Part shown: in pieces, positions 57,756 to 64,000 of the stretch
How positions within the stretch are numbered: position 1 is the stretch's first letter
Layout: every line of letters begins with the position of its first letter
Assembly (NCBI GenBank): GCA_024275635.1
Contig: JAJRYT010000114.1
Coordinates: 28,292-92,291, forward strand
Source: Chloroflexota bacterium
Lineage (GTDB): Bacteria > Chloroflexota > Anaerolineae > Promineifilales > Promineifilaceae
DNA: 64,000 nucleotides
Direction: 5' to 3'
Program-made: the position numbers and the translations under genes
The notes under the pieces: generated by a model
The model's input: only the letters and a program-made list of their open reading frames with translations
The model's database searches: none
Told to the model about the DNA's origin: nothing

Positions 57756-59597
57756 GCCTAGTCCTTCAATTTCCGCCTGTCGTTCAGTCGGCACACGGCC
57801 GTCCGCGTCCCAACCTCTTTCTTCATAATACTCATCCAGCATTCGCTGGAACTGTTCCCGGTCTACGTGATGCCCTTTCGTTTTGCGGGCGGGCATGGGA
57901 TCGTCAAAATAACGCTTGGGCAGCGTGTCGTCGGCGCGGGAGAGGCCGAAGTCGGCGTTGATCAGCCGCTCCGTATCCAGCGCCCGGCGGCCGACTTCGC
58001 GCAGGCTCTCCGGGGTAAATTTCAGCCCGGCGGCGGCGGCGATCAGGTCGCAAAAATGGTCGTAACCCAGCAAATGGGGGCTGTTGAAACCGTGCGTCAC
58101 GAACTTGCAAATGCCCAGGCTGTCGGTGACGGCGAAGATGTCGTCGCCCCAGGCGACGATCAGCCCTTTGTCTTTGTAGCCGGTGGGATCGGGGTCGTTG
58201 GGGCGGCCGTAAATCTTCTCTCTCACCTCATCCGGCAGCTTGAATACTTCCAGCGTCGGCCGGTTGCGCAAATGATCCGCCCCCCGGCTGGCGACGGCGA
58301 TGCCCAGGGCAAACCCCTTGAAATAACGCACGTCGTGCGGGTCAGACTGGGGCAGCCCCTTGACGGCGATCAGGTAATCCTGCGCTTCCGGCGGAAAAAA
58401 ACGGATCGCCCGCGTGCTTTCCGCCAGCACGTCGCCAAAGCCGCGCCGGTGGGCGATGTCCTCGATCAGGCCGTGAACGGTCTCGTAATCGCCCCAATTA
58501 AGCGGCCCGCCGGTCAAGTCGTCGCCAATCAGGCCGCGCTGGTACAGTTCCATCGCCCAGGCGATGATCGTGCCCACCGAGGAAGCGTCCAGCCCCAAAT
58601 CATTAACCAGGTTGTTGAGCGTGATCACCTGGTCGGTAGGGGCGATGCCCAGGTTGGCCCCCAGCAGGCCGATGGTGGAGTATTCCGGCCCTTCGCCGCC
58701 CAGGGTGTTGCGGTGGCGGCAGTGGACGACGCAGGAGGTGCAGGCCAGCATCTTGTCGGAGTATTTCTCGATCTCCTCGGCGTTGAGGCTGTCCTCGAAG
58801 TAGTTGTCCTGGCTGTTGCGGGTGCGGATCGCCCCCAGCCGGTTGCTGACTTCGTAGAGGAGCGGCGTGCCGACGTGGCCCAGCACCTGCACGATTTTGG
58901 AGCTTTTGAGGTATTTCTGCTGCTGGATGCGGACGGCGCGCAGCGTCTCTTTTTGGGCGACAGCAATCGCTTTGCCGCCGCGGGCGACGACGGCTTTGAG
59001 GTTTTTGCTGCCCATCACCGCGCCCATGCCGCCGCGGCCGGCGGTGTTTTTCTGGCCGGTCATCACGCCGGCCATGCGCACTTTGTTTTCGCCGGCCGGG
59101 CCGATGACGGCCGAGATCGTCCCCCGGCCGAACCGTTCTTTCAAGGCGTTCTGGGCGGGCATGTTTTCCAGCCCCCACAGGTCGCTGGCGTCCTGGACGT
59201 GGACACGGCCGTCTTCCAGCAGGATGAGCGACGGCCGTTCGGCCCGCCCCAAAATCACCAGCCGGTCAAAGCCCGCCTTGCGCATCGCCGCCGCAAAAAA
59301 GCCGCCGCAGTTGGCGTCGCCCAAAATACCGCTCTCCGGCGATTTGGCGGAGACGTTGAAGCGGGCGGCGTTGGGGGCAATCGTCCCCGTCAGCAGCCCT
59401 GCGCCGAAGATGAGCGGGTTGTCCGGCCCCAGCGGATCAACCTGGCGGGGATCGCCGGCGGCGTGCAGGTAGCGGCGCAGGTAGGCCATGTTCAGCCCCC
59501 GGCCGCCCAGGTACGCCCGCACCAGCTCCGGCGGCGTTTCTCCGACCCGCACCTCTCCCGTTGTCAGGTTGATAATCGCTGTGGTTGATTCACTCAT
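57732..59597 (-). CDS. aor: aldehyde:ferredoxin oxidoreductase (tungstopterin AOR family)
   Basis: N-terminal AOR domain (INLTTGEVRV...YLGGRGL...) and a C-terminal AFOR domain with a CxxCxxxC-type cluster region (ACTSCVVHC). 621 aa. Confidence 0.9.
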   Translation of the reverse strand: MSESTTAIINLTTGEVRVGETPPELVRAYLGGRGLNMAYLRRYLHAAGDPRQVDPLGPDNPLIFGAGLLTGTIAPNAARFNVSAKSPESGILGDANCGGFFAAAMRKAGFDRLVILGRAERPSLILLEDGRVHVQDASDLWGLENMPAQNALKERFGRGTISAVIGPAGENKVRMAGVMTGQKNTAGRGGMGAVMGSKNLKAVVARGGKAIAVAQKETLRAVRIQQQKYLKSSKIVQVLGHVGTPLLYEVSNRLGAIRTRNSQDNYFEDSLNAEEIEKYSDKMLACTSCVVHCRHRNTLGGEGPEYSTIGLLGANLGIAPTDQVITLNNLVNDLGLDASSVGTIIAWAMELYQRGLIGDDLTGGPLNWGDYETVHGLIEDIAHRRGFGDVLAESTRAIRFFPPEAQDYLIAVKGLPQSDPHDVRYFKGFALGIAVASRGADHLRNRPTLEVFKLPDEVREKIYGRPNDPDPTGYKDKGLIVAWGDDIFAVTDSLGICKFVTHGFNSPHLLGYDHFCDLIAAAAGLKFTPESLREVGRRALDTERLINADFGLSRADDTLPKRYFDDPMPARKTKGHHVDREQFQRMLDEYYEERGWDADGRVPTERQAEIEGLGERLETED

Positions 59598-59660
59598 TAC
59601 TCATTACTCATTACTCATTACTCATTACTCATTACTCATTACTCATTACTCATTGCTCAT
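59591..59660. repeat. pure tandem heptamer array (TTACTCA)x~10, no inverted partner
   Basis: cactcat tactcat x8 tgctcat. The first unit overlaps the aor start codon (59595-59597) and the array extends upstream of it. Confidence 0.9.
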
Positions 59661-59663
59661 TTA

Positions 59664-59915
59664 TTACCCGCCGGCAATGGGCCAGACGAGGTGGACGTGA
59701 CGGCCGTCCCCCAACACCGTCGCCTCATCCGCCTCATCCTCGCCCACAAACAACAGCGGCGGCGCATCGGCAAACTCCTGCGCCAGCGCCGGGTACTGCG
59801 CCAGCAGCGCCGCCAGCAAATCCGCCATCCGCGATCCGGCCGCTAGTTCCACGTCCAGATTACGCTGACCCACGACCCGCCAAAACGGTTCCGCCAGCCG
59901 CACGTGTACGTTCAT
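59664..59915 (-). CDS. MoaD/ThiS-family ubiquitin-like beta-grasp protein (C-terminal GG)
   Basis: 83 aa ending ...VHLVWPIAGG. Size and Gly-Gly terminus are typical of MoaD/ThiS sulfur carriers. Adjacent to aor. Confidence 0.6.
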   Translation of the reverse strand: MNVHVRLAEPFWRVVGQRNLDVELAAGSRMADLLAALLAQYPALAQEFADAPPLLFVGEDEADEATVLGDGRHVHLVWPIAGG

Positions 59916-59924
59916 CGGTGAAAA

Positions 59925-59957
59925 AACCTCCGGGAGGTTCCGAACCTCCCGGAGGTT
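59925..59957. repeat. 15-bp perfect hairpin, CCTCCCGGAGG family
   Basis: aacctccgggaggtt-ccg-aacctcccggaggtt, between the paaK stop and the moaD-like start. Confidence 0.85.
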
Positions 59958-59963
59958 GAAATC

Positions 59964-61283
59964 TCAGCCCTTATACAAATCCCGCTTATCCACAATCCGC
60001 TTCGCCTTGCCGATAGAGCGTTCAATCGAATGCGGCCCGGTCAGCTTCACCTCAGCCCGGATACCCAGAGCGTCGTTCAGATGTGCTTCAGTGGCGGCCC
60101 GCAAATTTTCCAACGCGCCCGTGTCAATCGGCTCAAAGAAGCGTTGGTTCGCCTCGACCCAGATTTCCAGCTTGTCCAACTGCTCCTGAGTCCGGTCTAC
60201 AATAATCTGGTACTGCGGCTCCAGACCTTCGACACTCAGGAGCGTTTTTTCGATGAGTGACGGGAACACGTTCACGCCGCGCACAATCAACATGTCGTCG
60301 GAACGGCCGCGAATCTTCTCCATGCGCACCATCGTCCGGCCGCAGGCGCACTTCTCCGCGTGCAGCACCGTCAAATCGCGAGTGCGGTAGCGGAGAATAG
60401 GCATCGCTTCCTTCGTCAGCGTGGTGAAGACCAGTTCCCCTTCCTCGCCGTAGGGCAGCTGCTCGCCCGTGTTCGGGTCAATGATTTCGGCCAGGAAATG
60501 ATCCTCATTGATGTGCAGCCCGTTGTGATGCTCGCACTCCACCGACACGCCGGGGCCGATAATCTCCGTCAGGCCATAAATGTCATACGCCTCAATGCCC
60601 AGTCGGGCCTGAATTTCCTGGCGCATCTCTTCTGTCCACGGCTCTGCGCCAAAAATGCCCACCCGTACTTTCATCCGAGACTTAAAATCAATACCTAGTT
60701 CGGCCGCTTCCTCGGCCAGCACCAGCGAGTAAGAGGGGGTGGCGGTCATCACCGTCGCCCCGAAATCCTCCAGCAGCATAATCTGCCGCCGCGTCATACC
60801 GCCGGAAACAGGCACCACCGTTGCCCCCACTGTTTGGAACCCCAGGTGGAAGCCCAAACCGCCGGTGAACAACCCGTAGCCATACGCATTGTGAGCGACG
60901 TCCTTGTCCGTTACGCCGCAGGAAGTAACCGTGCGCGCCATTACCTCGGCCCACAATTTCAAATCATTCTGTGTGTAACCGCCAACAACCGGCTTGCCGG
61001 TCGTGCCGCTGGAAGCGTGCAGGCGAATCACTTCTTCCAGAGGAACAGCGAAATTGTTGAACGGGTACTCATCACGCAAATCTTGCTTGGTGGTGAATGG
61101 CAGTCGTTTTAGATCATCCAGCCCTTTAATCTCATCCGGCGCGATGCCCAACGCCTTAAATTTGCGCTGGTACATTGGAATTTTGTTAAAGGTGTAGGCG
61201 GCGATTTTGCTCAGCCGTTCCCCCTGGAGTTTCTCCAGGTCGCCGCGTTCCATACTCTCAAATTCAGGGTTCCACATTGGCAT
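59964..61283 (-). CDS. paaK: phenylacetate--CoA ligase
   Basis: WNPEFESMERGDLEKLQGERL...SSGTTGKP...YGLTE..GPGV..EC... and a C-terminal ACT-like tail. ~439 aa, typical PaaK. Confidence 0.9.
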   Translation of the reverse strand: MPMWNPEFESMERGDLEKLQGERLSKIAAYTFNKIPMYQRKFKALGIAPDEIKGLDDLKRLPFTTKQDLRDEYPFNNFAVPLEEVIRLHASSGTTGKPVVGGYTQNDLKLWAEVMARTVTSCGVTDKDVAHNAYGYGLFTGGLGFHLGFQTVGATVVPVSGGMTRRQIMLLEDFGATVMTATPSYSLVLAEEAAELGIDFKSRMKVRVGIFGAEPWTEEMRQEIQARLGIEAYDIYGLTEIIGPGVSVECEHHNGLHINEDHFLAEIIDPNTGEQLPYGEEGELVFTTLTKEAMPILRYRTRDLTVLHAEKCACGRTMVRMEKIRGRSDDMLIVRGVNVFPSLIEKTLLSVEGLEPQYQIIVDRTQEQLDKLEIWVEANQRFFEPIDTGALENLRAATEAHLNDALGIRAEVKLTGPHSIERSIGKAKRIVDKRDLYKG

Positions 61284-61300
61284 AGTTTTCCTCCCAAAGT

Positions 61301-61398
61301 AATTGTCAATTGTGAATTGTCAATTGACAATTGTTAATTCATTGTTTGTCGCCAGGTCTCATTCACAATTTATCGTTCACAATTCATCATTTACAATT
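61301..61398. repeat. heptamer hairpin, CAATTGT/ATTCACA family
   Basis: aattgtcaattgtgaattgtcaattgacaattgttaattcattg...attcacaatttatcgttcacaattcatcatttacaatt. Confidence 0.8.
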
Positions 61399-61999
61399 AG
61401 TCCCCTAGTTCCCACGCTCCTTCTCGTCCGGCTAAAAAGGCTTTGCGGTTGACCTCTTTGTGACGGGCGGGCACTTTTTCCATGATTACCTCTAACCAGG
61501 GCTGTTCGTCTTCGGCCAGTTCGGCCGAGAGCGCGCCCAGCAGGACGCTGTTGGCGGTGCGCCGGTTGCCCAGGCTTTCGGCGACGCCGACGGCGTCGAG
61601 CGCCAGCAGTTTGCCGGCGATCTGGCCGATGGTGGTGAATATCCGCTCTTTATCCGGGTAGACGGCGCTGCCAAAAACTGTGCCTGTCGGCGGCAGCTCT
61701 TGCTGGCTGAGGATGACGGTTCCGCCGGGCCGCAAATATTCCAGCCAGCGCATCGCTTCCAACATTTCCTGAGCGACAAAGAAATCTACAGTTCCTTTTT
61801 CGCAGAGGGGGGAGGCGACTTTTTCGCCCCAGCGCACGTGGCTGGTGACGGCGCCGCCCCGTTGGGACATGCAGTGTACTTCGGATTTTTTGGCTTCTAG
61901 CCCCTGGCGCAGGCCTACTTCGGCAACGATGTCGCTGGCCAGCAGGGTCCCCTGCCCGCCGACGCCGGCGAGTAGAAAGTTGGCTTTTTTGTTGGTCAT
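61397..61999 (-). CDS. iorB: indolepyruvate:ferredoxin oxidoreductase subunit beta
   Basis: NFLLAGVGGQGTLLASDIVAEV.....V...E.HGMSQRGG-type motif (here HCMSQRGGAV). ~200 aa, directly downstream of iorA. Confidence 0.85.
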   Translation of the reverse strand: MTNKKANFLLAGVGGQGTLLASDIVAEVGLRQGLEAKKSEVHCMSQRGGAVTSHVRWGEKVASPLCEKGTVDFFVAQEMLEAMRWLEYLRPGGTVILSQQELPPTGTVFGSAVYPDKERIFTTIGQIAGKLLALDAVGVAESLGNRRTANSVLLGALSAELAEDEQPWLEVIMEKVPARHKEVNRKAFLAGREGAWELGD

Positions 62000-62015
62000 A
62001 ATTTCTCCTTTTTCG

Positions 62016-62108
62016 ATTGGGAAACTGGAGATTGAAGAGTGGAGACTAGAGACTGGAGACTGCCTGTCTCCAAATCTCCAATCTCTAGCCTTCAGTCTCT
62101 AATCTCTC
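62016..62108. repeat. heptamer hairpin, GGAGACT/TAGAGAC family
   Basis: attgggaaactggagattgaagagtggagactagagactggagactgcctgtctccaaatctccaatctctagccttcagtctctaatctc. Confidence 0.85.
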
Positions 62109-63899
62109 TCATGCAGCCATCACCGGGATTTCTTTGCCGGGTTCGATTGCCTGCCGGGCGCAGACGTCGTAGCAGAGGCCGCAGCCGACACATTGAACCG
62201 GGTCAATCCACGCTTTGGGGCGCTGTGTTTTTTCGTCTAATTCGTCGCTCTTGAAGATGGCCGGGCAGCCGATGCGGAAGCAGAGGGTGCAGCCGTTGCA
62301 GTCGTCGTTATGGACGATGTAGGGTTCGCGGTTGTGGCTGGTCTCGAAGACGCAGATGGTGCGGGCGACGATGACGGCCGGTTCGCCCGATTTTTGCGCT
62401 TCTTTGATGGTGTTCTGCATCTCTTTCAGTTCGCGGGCTTCTAGCTCGTACACGTGTTTGACGCCCAGGGCGCGGGCGACTGCGGCGATGTCAATGCGGT
62501 GGCCGTGTTCGCCGCGCAGGGTTTCGCCGGAGCCGGGGTTGCCCTGGTGTCCGGTCATGCCAGTGGTGCGGTTGTCTACGACGATGACGACGATGGGGGT
62601 GTTGTTGTAAACGGCCGTTGCCAGCGCCGATAACCCCGAATGGAAAAAGGTGCTGTCCCCAATCACCGCCACATTCTCTTTTTCCAGCCCGGCGTGCCGC
62701 ATTCCCATGGCCACGCCGATGCTGGCCCCCATCGCGCCGATGGTATCGCTCGATTCCAGCGGCGGCAGGACGCCCAGGGCGTAACAGCCGATGTCGGAAT
62801 TGACCGTCACCTTCAGCCGACGCAGAGTCCAGAACACGTCCCGGTGGCCGCAGCCGGCGCAGAGGACAGGCGGGCGGATGGGCAGCGCGCCTACATCCGG
62901 CGTGTGACCGTTGCCGTTTTTAGCCAGAACGCCGGCTTCAACCGCCGCCGCCCGCACCCGTTCCGGCGTCAATTCGCCAATGGCCGGGAAGATGCTCTTA
63001 CCTTCCACAGCGATGCCCATTTGACGCACGTGCTCTTCGATGAACGGCTCCAGCTCTTCGATGATCAGCAGCCGGTCTACCTGGGCGGCGAAGTCGCGGA
63101 TTTTTTGTTCCGGCATGGGCCAGGCCATTCCTAATTTGAGGATGGAGGCGTTGGGGAAGATTTCGCGGGCGTACTGGAAGGCGGCGCCGGCGGAGATGAT
63201 GCCGATTTTCTTGTCGCCCCATTCGATGGTGTTGATGGCGCAGGTTTCGGCCCACTGGCGCAGTTTTGCAGTGCGTTCCTCGATGACGGGATGGCGGCGG
63301 CGGGCGTAGGCGGGGATCATGACGAATTTGGGCGGGTTTTTGATGTACGGCCGTTTCTCCTTCGTCTCCCGGTCTTCCAACGTGATCACCGACTTGGCGT
63401 GCGAGGTGCGCGTAGTGGTGCGGATCAGAACCGGCGTATCATGTTCTTCACTCAACGCCAACGCCAGGGCCACAAACTCCTTCGCCTCCTGACTGTCCGA
63501 CGGCTCCAGCATGGGCGCTTTGGCGAAGCGGGCGTAGTTTCGGTTGTCCTGCTCGTTTTGCGAGGAGTGCATACCGGGATCATCGGCGGTGATGATGACC
63601 AGCCCGGCGTTGACGCCAGTGTAGGAGGCGTAAAACAGCGCTTCGGAAGCGACGTTGAGGCCGACGTGTTTCATCACCGCCATCGTCCGCCGCCCGGCGT
63701 AGGCTGAGCCGATGGCCGTATCCAGCGCCACCTTCTCGTTCGCCGCCCACTCCGAATAAATATCGTCGTACAGGGCGACGTTCTGTAAAATCTCTGTGCT
63801 GGGCGTGCCCGGATAAGCCGTCGCTACCTCCACGCCCGCTTCCCAGGCTCCCCGCGCCAATGCTTCGTTGCCACTCATCAATGCTTTATCCATAGTCAA
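62109..63899 (-). CDS. iorA: indolepyruvate:ferredoxin oxidoreductase subunit alpha
   Basis: MSGNEALARGAWEAGV..A.AYPGTPSTEI, a TPP-binding region (GDSTFFHSG) and a C-terminal 2x[4Fe-4S] motif CNGCTLC...CP / CVGCGLCYDVC. Confidence 0.9.
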   Translation of the reverse strand: MTMDKALMSGNEALARGAWEAGVEVATAYPGTPSTEILQNVALYDDIYSEWAANEKVALDTAIGSAYAGRRTMAVMKHVGLNVASEALFYASYTGVNAGLVIITADDPGMHSSQNEQDNRNYARFAKAPMLEPSDSQEAKEFVALALALSEEHDTPVLIRTTTRTSHAKSVITLEDRETKEKRPYIKNPPKFVMIPAYARRRHPVIEERTAKLRQWAETCAINTIEWGDKKIGIISAGAAFQYAREIFPNASILKLGMAWPMPEQKIRDFAAQVDRLLIIEELEPFIEEHVRQMGIAVEGKSIFPAIGELTPERVRAAAVEAGVLAKNGNGHTPDVGALPIRPPVLCAGCGHRDVFWTLRRLKVTVNSDIGCYALGVLPPLESSDTIGAMGASIGVAMGMRHAGLEKENVAVIGDSTFFHSGLSALATAVYNNTPIVVIVVDNRTTGMTGHQGNPGSGETLRGEHGHRIDIAAVARALGVKHVYELEARELKEMQNTIKEAQKSGEPAVIVARTICVFETSHNREPYIVHNDDCNGCTLCFRIGCPAIFKSDELDEKTQRPKAWIDPVQCVGCGLCYDVCARQAIEPGKEIPVMAA

Positions 63900-63910
63900 C
63901 CTCCACGTAT

Positions 63911-63974
63911 GGGAGATTAGAGATTGGAGATTAAGTCTCCAATCTCTATCTCTAGTCTCTAGTCTCTAGTCTCT
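63911..63974. repeat. heptamer hairpin, GGAGATT/TAGTCTC family
   Basis: gggagattagagattggagattaagtctccaatctctatctctagtctctagtctctagtctc. Confidence 0.8.
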
Positions 63975-64000
63975 TATGATTCACCCGCCCTAAATACGCT

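Noticed and set aside
59488-59959. Plus-strand ORFs translating the heptamer array as 'LITHYSLLITHYSL...'
   Set aside because: This is an artefact of an open frame through a simple repeat and the antisense of the moaD-like gene. There is no RBS and the composition is extreme.

Overview
High-GC (about 60% by eye) bacterial chromosomal segment. Gene content and the Thr/Pro-rich linkers are reminiscent of Chloroflexota, but that is inference only. From 0 to 40 kb, housekeeping genes (folA, lplA, mltG, ruvX, alaS, recQ, tex, one tRNA-Leu) are interleaved with cell-wall enzymes, two ECF sigma/anti-sigma pairs and several AT-richer accessory patches. From 40.5 to 64 kb lies a ~23 kb all-minus-strand catabolic supercluster. 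It holds indolepyruvate:ferredoxin oxidoreductase, phenylacetate-CoA ligase, tungsten-type aldehyde:ferredoxin oxidoreductase, HpaB-type monooxygenase, an extradiol dioxygenase, meta-cleavage enzymes, and a LeuC / acyl-CoA-ligase::LeuD / IPMDH-like / acyl-CoA dehydrogenase module. Three sequence-level phenomena stand out. (1) The octamer palindrome ACGGCCGT occurs about 110 times by my manual tally, in coding and non-coding DNA, like a cyanobacterial HIP element. (2) Almost every intergenic gap carries a hairpin built from tandem heptamers, in several sequence families, and some have been absorbed into coding sequence. (3) An AT-richer, palindrome-poor patch at 5.1-8.4 kb carries a 9 x 21-bp tandem array and two tandem TIR-domain genes. 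One is fused to an RDD membrane domain and the other to an effector-associated (Death-like) adaptor domain. This patch is my best candidate for an undescribed conflict/defence module. Secondary candidates are a translationally coupled DUF488-DUF488-extended-RecQ cassette next to tRNA-Leu and a GxxExxY gene bracketed by two copies of a ~110-bp hairpin element. No rRNA, CRISPR array, transposase or integrase was seen.
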